A program made the translations under genes and the position numbers. Below the pieces are notes generated by a model, which worked only from the letters and a program-made list of their open reading frames with translations, was not told where the DNA came from and did not search any database. From an uncultured Bacillota bacterium (GTDB lineage Bacteria; Bacillota; Clostridia; Tissierellales; Tissierellaceae), in the NCBI GenBank assembly GCA_937951995.1, contig CALGAG010000041.1:4401-68400 (forward strand): 64,000 nucleotides of DNA, given 5' to 3'. Below, piece after piece: positions 37,977 to 48,436 of this stretch. Each line of letters starts with the position of its first letter. Position 1 is the first letter of the stretch.

Positions 37977-38719
37977 TGCATAGGTTTTTTACTGATAATG
38001 AAATAGATGGAGCGGGACGTATAAGAATACAAGGATCTGATGTCAAGCATGCTAGAGATGTCTTGAGAATGGGATCAGGTGAAAAGCTGGAGATTGTTGT
38101 TGAGGGGAAGGCCTACCTGTGTTCGATAATTGAGATTGGCAAGAATATTATGGTTGCGGAGCTAGTTCAGCCTTTAGAGAGAGGACACGAATCTTCAATC
38201 AAAATCAATTTGTTTCAGGGACTTCCCAAAAGCACAAAGATGGAGACCATCCTTCAAAAAGCCACAGAGCTTGGTGTATCATCATTTTATCCACTGTTGA
38301 CAAATCGGACGGTGGTTAGGTTAAAGGGTGAAAAAAAACAGGACAGGAAACTGGAAAGGTGGGAGTCTGTTGTCCATGAAGCTGCCAAGCAATCAAAGCG
38401 GGACACCATACCAAAGGTCCATCAGGCTATTGATATGTCTGAAATCGAAGCCTACCTTAAGGAAGGTATTACCATAGTGCCCTATGAGGCATCAGAAGAC
38501 AATGGAATCAAGGATGTCCTCAGGTCATTGGAAGTGCCCAGGACGGTCAATATTGTTATTGGACCTGAAGGAGGCTTTGAGGAAGATGAGATAGACATGC
38601 TGGTCAGTCTGGGTGCAAGGATTGTGTCCCTGGGACCGAGGATACTTAGGACTGAAACAGCGGGAATAGTGGCTTGTGCCATTGCTCAATATGAATTTGG
38701 AGATTTAGGAGTGATTTAA
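37973..38719 (+). CDS. rsmE: 16S rRNA m3U1498 methyltransferase
   Basis: HARDVLR, QKATELGV, EAAKQS, IGPEGGF, LGPRILRTETA. Confidence 0.97.
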   Translation: MMHRFFTDNEIDGAGRIRIQGSDVKHARDVLRMGSGEKLEIVVEGKAYLCSIIEIGKNIMVAELVQPLERGHESSIKINLFQGLPKSTKMETILQKATELGVSSFYPLLTNRTVVRLKGEKKQDRKLERWESVVHEAAKQSKRDTIPKVHQAIDMSEIEAYLKEGITIVPYEASEDNGIKDVLRSLEVPRTVNIVIGPEGGFEEDEIDMLVSLGARIVSLGPRILRTETAGIVACAIAQYEFGDLGVI

Positions 38720-40020
38720 TGAATTCAGTGGCATTCCATACCTTGGGGTGTAAGGTTAACCAGTACGAAACCGAGGCTATGGAGGAAATGTTTGAAAAAA
38801 AAGGCTACACAATTGTGGAGGAAGATGGCTATTCTGACATATATGTTATAAATACATGTACGGTTACAAATCTTTCAGACAGAAAATCGAGACAGTTCAT
38901 AAGAAAGTCCAAGAAAAACAACCCTGGAGCAATTGTAGCAGTAGTAGGTTGCTACTCCCAGGTGTCTCCTGAAGAGGTTGAAAAAATCCAGGGTGTGGAT
39001 GTGATAATCGGAACAAGTGAGAGACACAGGATTGTGGACCTTTGTGAGGAGGCTTCAAACCACAAGCGGAGAATAAACATTGTCAGATCTGTTAAGACCT
39101 ACAAGGAGTTCGAAAAGATCAATATAGACGAACTGAAGTCCAGAACCAGGGCATTTGTGAAAATCCAGGATGGTTGCAATCAATTCTGCAGCTACTGCAT
39201 AATTCCCTATGCCAGGGGACCAATTAGAAGCCGGGAGTTTGCAGATATTGAAAATGAGGTTGAAAACCTGGCCAAGGCAGGCTTCAAGGAGGTTGTGCTG
39301 ACTGGAATCCACGTTGCATCCTACGGGAAGGACCTCAAGAAGGAATCCCTGGGTCAAGTAATTGATAAAATCAGCCTGATTGAGGGTATTGAAAGAATAA
39401 GACTAAGTTCCCTGGAGCCAACTCTAATAGATGATGACTTTATGGAGATTATGACCAAAAGCCCGAAAATCTGTGATCATTTTCATCTGTCACTGCAGAG
39501 TGGATCTGATTCTGTCCTGGAAAGGATGAACAGAAAATACACAACACAAGAGTACAGGGACAGGGTGGACCTAATAAGGAAATACCTGCCTGATGCGGGT
39601 ATCACCACTGATATTATTGTAGGCTTTCCTGGGGAAACTGAGGATGAGTTCAATGAGACCCTGCGCTTTGTGGAGGAAATTGGATTTTCCAGAATCCATG
39701 TATTCAAGTATTCTCCCAGAAAGGGTACGCCTGCTGCAACAATGGAAGACCAGGTTCATGGAGAAATCAAAAACAAGAGAAGTGAGATCCTTATAGCTTT
39801 GGGAGACCGGCTGTCAGAGGAGTTCAACAATAGATACCTTGAAGGTGCAAAGGAAGTCCTCTATGAGGAGCACACCAAGAGGGACGAAAATGTATATGAA
39901 GGTTATACCACAAACTACATCAGGGTAAGGACGCCATCACCGGTGGACCTGATCGGAGAAATCAGGGATACAAGATTAGAGGCTGTTAAGGGTTCTCTTA
40001 TTCATGGAACCTTAATATGA
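38719..40020 (+). CDS. mtaB: tRNA t6A37 methylthiotransferase MtaB
   Basis: TLGCKVNQYE, INTCTVT, QDGCNQFCSYC, VVLTGIH; dnaK-operon position. Confidence 0.95.
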   Translation: MNSVAFHTLGCKVNQYETEAMEEMFEKKGYTIVEEDGYSDIYVINTCTVTNLSDRKSRQFIRKSKKNNPGAIVAVVGCYSQVSPEEVEKIQGVDVIIGTSERHRIVDLCEEASNHKRRINIVRSVKTYKEFEKINIDELKSRTRAFVKIQDGCNQFCSYCIIPYARGPIRSREFADIENEVENLAKAGFKEVVLTGIHVASYGKDLKKESLGQVIDKISLIEGIERIRLSSLEPTLIDDDFMEIMTKSPKICDHFHLSLQSGSDSVLERMNRKYTTQEYRDRVDLIRKYLPDAGITTDIIVGFPGETEDEFNETLRFVEEIGFSRIHVFKYSPRKGTPAATMEDQVHGEIKNKRSEILIALGDRLSEEFNNRYLEGAKEVLYEEHTKRDENVYEGYTTNYIRVRTPSPVDLIGEIRDTRLEAVKGSLIHGTLI

Positions 40021-40053
40021 ATTACTTATTAGGGATATGGGGAGGTGTTAATT

Positions 40054-40392
40054 ATGGACTGTTTATTTTGTAAGATTGCAAAGAAGGAAATTCCAAGTGA
40101 TCTGGTGCATGAGGATGAATTTGTTGTGGTGTTCAAGGACATTAACCCACAAGCCCCGGTACACTTTTTAGTCGTGCCCAAGGTGCATATCAAGTCCCTG
40201 GACTATATTACGGAGGAGCACGATACCCTGATTTCCCACGTTTTCAGGTTGATTCCCAAGTTGGCCAAAGACCAGGGAATTGAGAATGGCTATAGGGTGG
40301 TGAACAATTGTGGACCTGATGGAGGTCAGTCTGTGGACCACATTCATTTCCATGTTTTAGGAAAAAGAGAAATGTTATGGCCACCAGGTTAA
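40054..40392 (+). CDS. Histidine triad nucleotide-binding protein (Hint)
   Basis: DCLFCKI, HIHFH triad, MLWPPG C-terminus. Confidence 0.95.
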   Translation: MDCLFCKIAKKEIPSDLVHEDEFVVVFKDINPQAPVHFLVVPKVHIKSLDYITEEHDTLISHVFRLIPKLAKDQGIENGYRVVNNCGPDGGQSVDHIHFHVLGKREMLWPPG

Positions 40393-40398
40393 AAACAG

Positions 40399-40427
40399 TT
40401 GAAATAATTAGCGGGATAATGTATAAT
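40399..40427 (+). promoter_or_regulatory. Sigma-A promoter of rpsU-yqeY
   Basis: TTGAAA-N17-TATAAT. Confidence 0.8.
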
Positions 40428-40499
40428 TGTTTAGTGTGCAAGCCATACTCATAGCAGTATTGTAACACTCTTGTAGTTGTGAGGGGAGGGAAAGGATCG

Positions 40500-40682
40500 A
40501 TGACAGAAATTAAAGTTGGTGAAAACGAATCTCTTGATAACGCTCTTAAAAGATTTAAAAGATCATGTGCCAGATCAGGAGTTATAGGTGAGGTAAGAAA
40601 AAGAGAGCATTATGAAAAACCAAGCGTAAAGCGTAAGAAGAAATCTGAAGCGGCAAGAAGAAAGAAACATTCCAAGTATTAA
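40500..40682 (+). CDS. rpsU: 30S ribosomal protein S21
   Basis: [12 protein letters not shown]...[16 protein letters not shown]. Confidence 0.99.
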   Translation: MTEIKVGENESLDNALKRFKRSCARSGVIGEVRKREHYEKPSVKRKKKSEAARRKKHSKY

Positions 40683-40697
40683 TAAGAAGGTGAACTA

Positions 40698-41141
40698 ATG
40701 TCCCTTAAAGATAAACTCATGGAAGACCTTAAAGTTTCCATGAAAAACAAGGATACTATAAGGAAAAATACTGTAACTATGGTTAGGGCAGCTGTCAAGC
40801 AGAGGGAAGTAGATGAAAGAACTGAGCTGACAGATGAAGATATCCTTGAGATTGTTGCAAAACAGCTTAAGGAAAAGAAGATGGCCATAGAGGAATTCAA
40901 AAAAGGCTCGCGCCAGGATCTCGTGGATACAACTGAGTCAGAAATTAAGATTCTGTTGGAGTATCTGCCTGAACAGATGAATGAAGAAGAGGTGGAAAGG
41001 ATAGTTAAGGAAACAATTGAAGAAATTGGAGCCACCTCAATTAAAGATATAGGTCTGATCATGAAAGCCACAATGCCCAAGGTAAAAGGAAGGGCAGATG
41101 GAAACATGGTAAATACGGCCGTGAGAAAATTGCTTAAATAA
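40698..41141 (+). CDS. yqeY: GatB/YqeY domain protein
   Basis: MSLKDKLMEDLKVSMK...YLPEQM...KGRADG. Confidence 0.95.
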   Translation: MSLKDKLMEDLKVSMKNKDTIRKNTVTMVRAAVKQREVDERTELTDEDILEIVAKQLKEKKMAIEEFKKGSRQDLVDTTESEIKILLEYLPEQMNEEEVERIVKETIEEIGATSIKDIGLIMKATMPKVKGRADGNMVNTAVRKLLK

Positions 41142-41165
41142 CCTGAGTTAAACTCAGGTTTTTTT
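41140..41165 (+). terminator. Terminator after yqeY
   Basis: AACCTGAGT-TAA-ACTCAGGTT plus T tract. Confidence 0.85.
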
Positions 41166-41224
41166 GCTATCTTTCAACTATTGTGGGTATACATTGAAAG
41201 TAGGACATAATTGGAGGTGAAAAT

Positions 41225-42517
41225 GTGAAGAAAATAAGATTTCTGGCATTTTTTATAGCCGTATTTGTTATTTTTATATCATCTGGCAGCGCCCAGGCAC
41301 AAAGCCCTGGAAAGGTTTATGTTGTCCCCATACAGGGAGAGATCAATCGCGCAACTCACAACTATGTGAGGGACGTGGTAAACGACCTTAACAATGAGCC
41401 CGATGTAGAGGCCATAATATTTGAAATCGACACCTACGGAGGGGTTGTCGATGAGGCAATCAAGATAAAGGATGTAATAATCGGGACCAATATTCCAACA
41501 ATAACCCTTGTGAACAACAAGGCCGCATCTGCTGGTGTACTGGTCACAATAGCTGGAGAACACATAGCAATGTCGGAGAATGCCGTGATTGGTTCCGCTG
41601 AGACCATACCCAATACAGAGAAGATCCTTTCAATGTGGAGAGGGGTTCTTAGAGATACAGCCCAATACAGGGGCAGGGACGCCCTTCTGGTAGAATCCAT
41701 GGCCGACAGCGACATAGCCATAGAAGGTGTAATAGACGGGGGGAAACTCCTTAACCTTACTGCACAGGAGGCATACCAGCTAGGACTTGCAGATGTTCTG
41801 TCAAGTGATTACAATGTAATTCTCGAGCATTTTGGATTTGAGGCATCACAGGTGGAGGTTATGGAAGAGGGCCTTCAGGTAAAGCTGTCAAAATATATTT
41901 CCAACCCATACATCAGTACCCTCCTATTGACTCTGGGATTTGTGGGTCTTGTTCTTGAGGTCCTGACTCCTGGTTTTGGATTGGGAGGTACAATCTCTTT
42001 GATGGGTTTTGGACTTTACTTCGGTGGTAATATTCTGGCAGGCAATTCAAACTGGACATCCCTGATCCTATTTGTTGTGGGTCTGGGCCTCTTGGTTATT
42101 GAGGGTGTGGTACCAGGTTTTGGACTACCTGGCATAGGTGGATTGATATTCGTAATAGCGGGTACAGTGTTGGCCATGCAGGACCTGGCAACAGCAGTTC
42201 TGTCCCTAAGCATTGCTATTATAGTAACTACATTGGTGGCGGTTGTTATGGTAAAACATGGTTACAAGAGCAAGTTCCTGAACAAAATAGTATTAAGCAA
42301 CAAGCTTGAAAGCACAAGGGGATATCTCAGCACAAACACCATGAGTGACCTTCTGGACAAGGAAGGAACTGTACTATCTGAACTTCGACCTTCGGGTTTT
42401 ATCATCATAGATGGCGAGAAGTACGATGCATTGGCAGAGACGGGATACATTCCCGAAAACTCAAATGTCAAGGTCGTCAAGGTTGAAGGCTCAAAAATAT
42501 TTGTAAGGAGGATTTAG
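41225..42517 (+). CDS. NfeD family membrane protease (YqeZ-like)
   Basis: Signal peptide, IDTYGG, AASAG ClpP-like domain, TM domain, C-terminal OB fold LRPSG; precedes floA. Confidence 0.92.
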   Translation: MKKIRFLAFFIAVFVIFISSGSAQAQSPGKVYVVPIQGEINRATHNYVRDVVNDLNNEPDVEAIIFEIDTYGGVVDEAIKIKDVIIGTNIPTITLVNNKAASAGVLVTIAGEHIAMSENAVIGSAETIPNTEKILSMWRGVLRDTAQYRGRDALLVESMADSDIAIEGVIDGGKLLNLTAQEAYQLGLADVLSSDYNVILEHFGFEASQVEVMEEGLQVKLSKYISNPYISTLLLTLGFVGLVLEVLTPGFGLGGTISLMGFGLYFGGNILAGNSNWTSLILFVVGLGLLVIEGVVPGFGLPGIGGLIFVIAGTVLAMQDLATAVLSLSIAIIVTTLVAVVMVKHGYKSKFLNKIVLSNKLESTRGYLSTNTMSDLLDKEGTVLSELRPSGFIIIDGEKYDALAETGYIPENSNVKVVKVEGSKIFVRRI

Positions 42518-42518
42518 A

Positions 42519-43499
42519 ATGGATCTTATTTTCACATTAGCAATTGCAATAGGTATCATTGTTCTATTAATGCTGTTCTTCACTTTTGTACCGGTTGGAC
42601 TCTGGATAACTGCATTCTTTGCAGGAGTAAAGGTAAGGATTACAACATTGATAGGAATGAGACTTAGGAGAGTTGTACCAAGTAGGATAATCAATCCAAT
42701 GATAAAGGCCACAAAGGCTGGATTGGACATCAACATCGATGACTTGGAGTCACATTATCTTGCAGGGGGAAATGTAAACACCCTTGTGGATGCTTTGATT
42801 GCTGCTCAAAGGGCTAACATACCCTTGGTTTTCGAGAGAGCGGCAGCGATAGATCTTGCTGGTAGAAATGTACTGGAAGCGGTACAGGTAAGTGTAAATC
42901 CAAAGGTTATTGAAACACCTCAGATTGCAGCTGTTGCCAAGAATGGTATTGAAGTTGTGGCAAGGGCAAGAGTAACCGTTAGGGCCAATATTGAAAGACT
43001 TGTTGGTGGAGCAGGCGAGGAAACCATAATCGCAAGAGTTGGAGAAGGTATAGTTACCACTGTTGGTAGTGCCAGTTCCCACAAGGATGTATTGGAGAAT
43101 CCTGATAGCATATCCAAGACAGTACTGGAAAAGGGCTTGGATGCAGGAACTGCATTTGAGATACTTTCCATAGACATAGCTGACGTGGATGTAGGGAGAA
43201 ACATTGGTGCAAAACTTCAGATGGAGCAGGCTGAGGCAGACAAGAAGATCGCACAGGCAAAGGCGGAGGAAAGAAGAGCCATGGCTGTTGCAAGAGAACA
43301 GGAAATGAGGGCTGAGGTTCAAGCCATGAACGCCAAGCTTGTGGAAGCGGAAGCAGATGTTCCAAAGGCACTGGCTCAGGCATTGAGAGAAGGAAAGCTT
43401 GGAGTTATGGATTATTACAATATGAAAAATATACTTGCTGATACAGATATGAGAGATTCAATATCAAAGATAGCTGACGATGACAAAGAAACAAAATAG
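42519..43499 (+). CDS. floA: Flotillin-like protein FloA (YqfA)
   Basis: [41 protein letters not shown]. Confidence 0.96.
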   Translation: MDLIFTLAIAIGIIVLLMLFFTFVPVGLWITAFFAGVKVRITTLIGMRLRRVVPSRIINPMIKATKAGLDINIDDLESHYLAGGNVNTLVDALIAAQRANIPLVFERAAAIDLAGRNVLEAVQVSVNPKVIETPQIAAVAKNGIEVVARARVTVRANIERLVGGAGEETIIARVGEGIVTTVGSASSHKDVLENPDSISKTVLEKGLDAGTAFEILSIDIADVDVGRNIGAKLQMEQAEADKKIAQAKAEERRAMAVAREQEMRAEVQAMNAKLVEAEADVPKALAQALREGKLGVMDYYNMKNILADTDMRDSISKIADDDKETK

Positions 43500-43510
43500 G
43501 AAGTGATTAA

Positions 43511-44068
43511 ATGGATAGTCCTATAATCATTCTGGTCTTTTGGGTAATAATCAACATACTTCTAAAAAGCTCCAGAGACAAGAAGAAGGCTGAACAGGCA
43601 AGAAGGAAATCCGGGCAGGCAAATGCACCTGACAGACAGAGACAAAAGTCTGAGAGATCCCGTATGAATACCGGGATGAAGGACTTCAGGCAGGCTCTGG
43701 AAGACTACAAGGCACAGATAGAAAAGGAACTGAACCCGGAAAAGAAATCTCCGGCAAAGCCTCCCGCCAAGGTTCCAACCACAGAAGCCAGGCAAAGGGT
43801 TGAGCGGTCTGATAGTCGACTGGAAAAGCCGAAAATGAAGACCTTCAGGGAAGGGCGATACTGGGAAGACATAACCGATGGCATGGCCGGCTCAGACACG
43901 GAGAAGGAAACAGCGGGAATTGTTGTAGCCATTGAGGAGACTGGAAGAAAGGCTAAAGGAAGCTCGGAAGGTCTATTTGACATCAAGAACGATATACTCA
44001 AGGGTATTGTGTATTCTGAGATCCTTGGCAAGCCAAAAAGCATGCAAGGAAAAAGAGGTCCTTTTTAG
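43511..44068 (+). CDS. Hypothetical membrane-anchored protein (YqfB position)
   Basis: N-terminal hydrophobic helix, charged low-complexity body, C-terminal GIVYSEILGKP; RBS and synteny after floA. Confidence 0.7.
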   Translation: MDSPIIILVFWVIINILLKSSRDKKKAEQARRKSGQANAPDRQRQKSERSRMNTGMKDFRQALEDYKAQIEKELNPEKKSPAKPPAKVPTTEARQRVERSDSRLEKPKMKTFREGRYWEDITDGMAGSDTEKETAGIVVAIEETGRKAKGSSEGLFDIKNDILKGIVYSEILGKPKSMQGKRGPF

Positions 44069-44084
44069 GACTTCTTCTTTTTTT
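44053..44084 (+). terminator. Terminator after floA operon
   Basis: AAGAGGTCCT-TTTT-AGGACTTCTT plus T tract. Confidence 0.7.
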
Positions 44085-44204
44085 GTCAACTTATTACTAA
44101 ATGGTTACACATAAGCTAAACATATAGAAAACCACACCTTTCTATGGTATGATTTATTTAATTATACTGGAGGTAAACTAAAGATACTGGGGAGGAATTT
44201 AAGT

Positions 44205-45173
44205 TTGACATTAACCAAGGAAGAAGGATCCATTGAAATAAATGACGACAATACCTTAAAGGAGATTGCTGGGAACCTAGATGCAAATATAAGGACCATT
44301 GAAGAGAAAATGAAGGTCAGGCTTAGGATAAAAGACAATGCCATTACAGTTCAGGGATTGCCGGAGAATGTGGAAATGACAAAGAGGCTCCTTGATGATT
44401 TGAAATACATGATACAAAAGCAGAACACCCTTCAGGAACAGGACCTGAATTACGCAATTGACTTCATCAGGTCCCGTAAAGAGGGAAGCCTTAAGGAACT
44501 TCTTGATGATGTGGTTTGTATAACCGCTTCAGGAAAGTCCATCAAACCCAAAACATTTGGGCAGAAAAGATATGTTGATTCCATGAGAAAGCACGATGTG
44601 GTGTTTGGAATAGGCCCTGCAGGCACGGGGAAAACCTATCTGGCGATGGCAATGGCTGTTCAGGCATTCAAGAACAGGGAAGTCAATAGGATAATACTTA
44701 CAAGACCTGCGGTTGAGGCTGGTGAGAATCTTGGATTTCTCCCAGGAGACCTGCAGGAGAAGGTGGATCCATACCTAAGACCAATCTATGACGCACTTTT
44801 TGAAATACTGGGTGTGGACACCTATCTGAAGTTCTTTGAAAAGGGTCTGATAGAAGTGGCACCCCTAGCCTATATGAGGGGTAGAACCCTTGATTCTGCA
44901 TATGTGATTCTTGATGAGGCCCAAAATACAACAAATGAGCAAATGAAAATGTTTTTGACCAGACTTGGATTTGGATCAAAAGCTATAATAACCGGAGACA
45001 TCACACAAATTGACCTGATTAGAGGTAAGGAATCTGGTCTAAAGACAGTAAGGGGAATCCTGGAGGATGTTAAGGGGATAGACTTTATAAATCTCACAAG
45101 TTCAGATATAGTTAGACATCCACTGGTTCAAAGAATAATCAACGCATATGAAATTCATGAAGGCAGGAAGTAG
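44205..45173 (+). CDS. phoH: PhoH-family ATPase
   Basis: GPAGTGKTYLA, RPAVEAGENLGFLPGD, LDEAQN, VRHPLV. Confidence 0.96.
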   Translation: MTLTKEEGSIEINDDNTLKEIAGNLDANIRTIEEKMKVRLRIKDNAITVQGLPENVEMTKRLLDDLKYMIQKQNTLQEQDLNYAIDFIRSRKEGSLKELLDDVVCITASGKSIKPKTFGQKRYVDSMRKHDVVFGIGPAGTGKTYLAMAMAVQAFKNREVNRIILTRPAVEAGENLGFLPGDLQEKVDPYLRPIYDALFEILGVDTYLKFFEKGLIEVAPLAYMRGRTLDSAYVILDEAQNTTNEQMKMFLTRLGFGSKAIITGDITQIDLIRGKESGLKTVRGILEDVKGIDFINLTSSDIVRHPLVQRIINAYEIHEGRK

Positions 45174-45204
45174 TTGAGCAGTTGAACCAAGGCAGGTGGG
45201 GATT

Positions 45205-47244
45205 ATGATAAAAACTTTGAAAGCGCTTATAAATGGAATTGCAAACGACAGAAAGGTAGGAAAAACAACCACTGTCTTTTTGTTGTTTTTCCTGTCTCTT
45301 TTCATTCTGGCCGTAACTCAATCACAGTTCTCCCAAGCCAGTTTCAGAATTGGTGAAAGGGCTCCGGAAGATCTTAGGGCACCATTTTCAATGGAGGACA
45401 GGGAGGCATATGAAGCTCTTGTTGAGGAATCCCTGGCCAGGATGGAGGCTGTCTACAGGATATCTCCAACGGTTCAAATCACAGCTAAGGCTAAGGTATC
45501 AGGATACCTGGACCTTGTCAGGGACATGAAGCTTAGAAACACTCCAAGTGGAGGTTCAAAGGTGGATGAATTGGAAACTGTGAGTCCCCTTGAACTACCC
45601 ACAGACATACATGTACTTGCCATAGGATCATCTTTTTCAAGCCTAAACACAGTTGAGGCGATTTCAGAAGATATTCTCACCCAAATGCTGGCTCAAGGAA
45701 TAAGAGAGGACCAGCTTAGCTATCAGCTGGAGGAGTTGGAGGGAATAGTCGCTTCATTGAATCTGGAGGAGGGTGAGCAAGTCCTTGTCTCCAGCATACT
45801 TATGGAGGCCATGGATGCAAATGAGTTTGTTGACACCATTGCAACTGAAAGACAGATGGAAGCGATCAGGGAAAGCATCAGACCTGTGGTGATCGAGCAA
45901 AATGAACTGATAGTGGAAAAGGGAGAGACCATTACACCTGAAAAAATGAGGATTATCCAATTGGCTCAACTTGGAGAGGAAACATCCAGTTCCTGGACAA
46001 GATACATAGGAATATTTATCCAGCTGATCTTGCCCTTGCTAGCCATGATCCTTTACATTAAGTACTTCAATCCTGAAATACTCCAGGGAAGACTGATTTA
46101 CCTCTTGTTCACCTTGTTTATGATAAGTCTTATCCTTGCAAGGGCAATGGAGACCTTGTCACCGTATTTGATTCCATCGGCCTTCAATGCCATAATAGCC
46201 ACTCTCCTTGTTGGACCTGGACTGGCCATGGTCTCAAACCTGGTGCTGGTCTATATGCTCTATTTTTTATGGACCATACCTGGGGACCTTGCAATAATCA
46301 TGATAATCGGAAATTCAGCCGGAATCATCCTGCTCTTGCACCAGAATCAAAGGCACAGAGTGCTCCTTAATGGCATATACATGGGTACAATAAGCCTTAT
46401 CTTCTATCTGGGATATTATTTTTTAGGGAATATCACTACCAGGGACCTCCTATTAAACGGTGGTGCAATCATGACTGGAGGCTTGGTTTCCGGAGTCCTT
46501 GCACTTGGAACACTGCCCCTTTGGGAAAATGTATTCAAGGTATTGACACCATTGAAGCTTATGGAACTTACAGACCCAAACCAGCCTTTGCTTAGGAGAC
46601 TCTTCGCAGAGGCGCCAGGCACCTACCACCACAGCCTCATAGTGGGCAACCTTTCAGAGGCCGCTGCTGCATCAATAGGCGCAAACCCTCTTCTGGCTAA
46701 GGCAGGAGCCTACTACCACGACATAGGGAAGTTGAAGCGACCTTCCTATTTCAAGGAGAACCAATTTGGGATCGACAATCCCCATGACAGGCTTGAGCCT
46801 ATACAAAGTACGGAAATAATTATTTCCCATTGGGAAGACGGTATGAAATTGGGCCGTGAAACCAAGCTGCCAAGAGAAATAATGGATATAATAGACCAGC
46901 ATCATGGCAACACCCTAATGTCATATTTTTACCATAAAGCTTCGGAAGGGGGATCCACCTTGCCAGAGGAAGAATTCAGGTATGGTGGTCAAAAACCAAA
47001 ATCCAAGGAAGCTACAATAGTGATGCTGGCAGATTCTGTAGAGGCTGCAGTTAGAAGCATCAAGAACATGAATGAAACAGCAATAGAAACAATGGTTGGT
47101 AAGATTATAAAGGGAAAGATTGATGACGGGCAGCTGGACCAATCCCCCATAACCACAAGGGAAATAAATACCGTAAAAAAGACCTTTGTTTCAGTTCTAA
47201 AAGGAATATACCACGAAAGAATCGAGTATCCTGAAAAGTCATAA
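45205..47244 (+). CDS. pgpH: 7TM-HD phosphohydrolase, PgpH-like c-di-AMP phosphodiesterase
   Basis: Extracellular domain, 7TM, EAPGTYHHS, YYHDIGKL, QHHG, MLADSVEAA. Confidence 0.88.
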   Translation: MIKTLKALINGIANDRKVGKTTTVFLLFFLSLFILAVTQSQFSQASFRIGERAPEDLRAPFSMEDREAYEALVEESLARMEAVYRISPTVQITAKAKVSGYLDLVRDMKLRNTPSGGSKVDELETVSPLELPTDIHVLAIGSSFSSLNTVEAISEDILTQMLAQGIREDQLSYQLEELEGIVASLNLEEGEQVLVSSILMEAMDANEFVDTIATERQMEAIRESIRPVVIEQNELIVEKGETITPEKMRIIQLAQLGEETSSSWTRYIGIFIQLILPLLAMILYIKYFNPEILQGRLIYLLFTLFMISLILARAMETLSPYLIPSAFNAIIATLLVGPGLAMVSNLVLVYMLYFLWTIPGDLAIIMIIGNSAGIILLLHQNQRHRVLLNGIYMGTISLIFYLGYYFLGNITTRDLLLNGGAIMTGGLVSGVLALGTLPLWENVFKVLTPLKLMELTDPNQPLLRRLFAEAPGTYHHSLIVGNLSEAAAASIGANPLLAKAGAYYHDIGKLKRPSYFKENQFGIDNPHDRLEPIQSTEIIISHWEDGMKLGRETKLPREIMDIIDQHHGNTLMSYFYHKASEGGSTLPEEEFRYGGQKPKSKEATIVMLADSVEAAVRSIKNMNETAIETMVGKIIKGKIDDGQLDQSPITTREINTVKKTFVSVLKGIYHERIEYPEKS

Positions 47245-47260
47245 TTATGAGGAGAAAAAA

Positions 47261-47707
47261 ATGGAAGTCCTATTTGACAATAGACAAGACAAGATCAAAA
47301 TACAAAAATCTACTGAAGACTTGCTGGAAAAGGTGATAGAGACAAGCTTGAAGATGGAAAACATGTCACTGGATTATGAAATCAGTGTTTCTTTTGTCAC
47401 AAATGATGAAATCAGAGAGTTGAACAGTCAATTCAGAAACATAGACAAGGAAACAGATGTTTTGTCATTTCCATTTGAGGATGAGTTTGAGACTGGAATC
47501 AGAATTCTCGGTGACATAGTCCTGTCAGTTGAAAAGGCCATGGACCAGGCAGAAGAATTTGGCCATACGGTTGAACGGGAGCTTGCCTATCTTACAGCCC
47601 ATAGCACTCTTCACCTCATGGGCTACGATCATATGAATGACGATGATAAATCAATAATGAGACAAAAAGAAAAGGCAATAATGAAGGCACTCCAGATTTT
47701 CAAGTAG
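47261..47707 (+). CDS. ybeY: rRNA maturation RNase YbeY
   Basis: TDVLSFP, LGDIV, HSTLHLMGYDH. Confidence 0.97.
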   Translation: MEVLFDNRQDKIKIQKSTEDLLEKVIETSLKMENMSLDYEISVSFVTNDEIRELNSQFRNIDKETDVLSFPFEDEFETGIRILGDIVLSVEKAMDQAEEFGHTVERELAYLTAHSTLHLMGYDHMNDDDKSIMRQKEKAIMKALQIFK

Positions 47708-47721
47708 ACGGGGGGATTTTG

Positions 47722-48426
47722 ATGAAGGTCAAGGAACTAATAGACAGCTTCAATTACGCAGTATCAGGGATATTATCCGCCATGAAGCTTGAGAAAAGTT
47801 TAAGGATACATTACATTGCAGCCATCACTGTAATCGGTCTTAGCACATTGTTTAACCTGACAAGGGTGGAGTTCATGATTTTGCTCCTTACGGTTGTACT
47901 GGTTGTAGTGCTTGAAATGATAAACACTGCCATAGAAAAGACCATCGACATGATAACCAAGGAATACCACCCCTTGGCTAGGGTCATAAAGGATGTGTCT
48001 GCAGGAGCAGTTCTGATTGCTTCCTTCAATGCTGTAATAGTGGGGTACCTAATGTTTTTTGAAAGGCTAAATCCATTCAAGGAGCTTGTTTTGGTAAAGA
48101 TCAGGAATTCTCCAATACATCTCACATTTGTTGCCTTGATCCTTGTTGCCCTTCTTACAGTTGGGTTGAAATCAAAGTTTTATAAGGGTCACGGAACACA
48201 CTTTCAGGGTGGAGTGGTAAGTGGACACTCGGCGGTTGCATTTTGCATAGCTACAATAGTGTCAATTTTATCTGAGAACCTACTTATAATAACCCTGGTT
48301 TTTGGATTGGCATTTCTGGTTGCAGAAAGCCGGGTTGAGGGTAAGATACACTCGGCCATGGAGACAGTCATAGGTGGCATTCTTGGTGTACTGGTTGGTA
48401 TACTAATATTTCAGATAATCGGATAG
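47722..48426 (+). CDS. dgkA: Diacylglycerol/undecaprenol kinase with C-terminal PAP2 domain
   Basis: SFNYAVSGI, EMINTAIE, KDVSAGAVL; C-terminal SGHSA...ESRVEGKIH. Confidence 0.88.
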   Translation: MKVKELIDSFNYAVSGILSAMKLEKSLRIHYIAAITVIGLSTLFNLTRVEFMILLLTVVLVVVLEMINTAIEKTIDMITKEYHPLARVIKDVSAGAVLIASFNAVIVGYLMFFERLNPFKELVLVKIRNSPIHLTFVALILVALLTVGLKSKFYKGHGTHFQGGVVSGHSAVAFCIATIVSILSENLLIITLVFGLAFLVAESRVEGKIHSAMETVIGGILGVLVGILIFQIIG

Positions 48427-48436
48427 GAGGAAGGAA

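Noticed and set aside
40461-40477. WalR-like repeat TGTAAC-N5-TGTAGT in the rpsU leader
   Set aside because: Second half-site mismatched, downstream of the TSS, and before a ribosomal protein gene; likely chance.
42750-43383. Minus-strand ORFs of 94-190 aa
   Set aside because: Antisense to floA; composition reflects reverse-complemented coding sequence.
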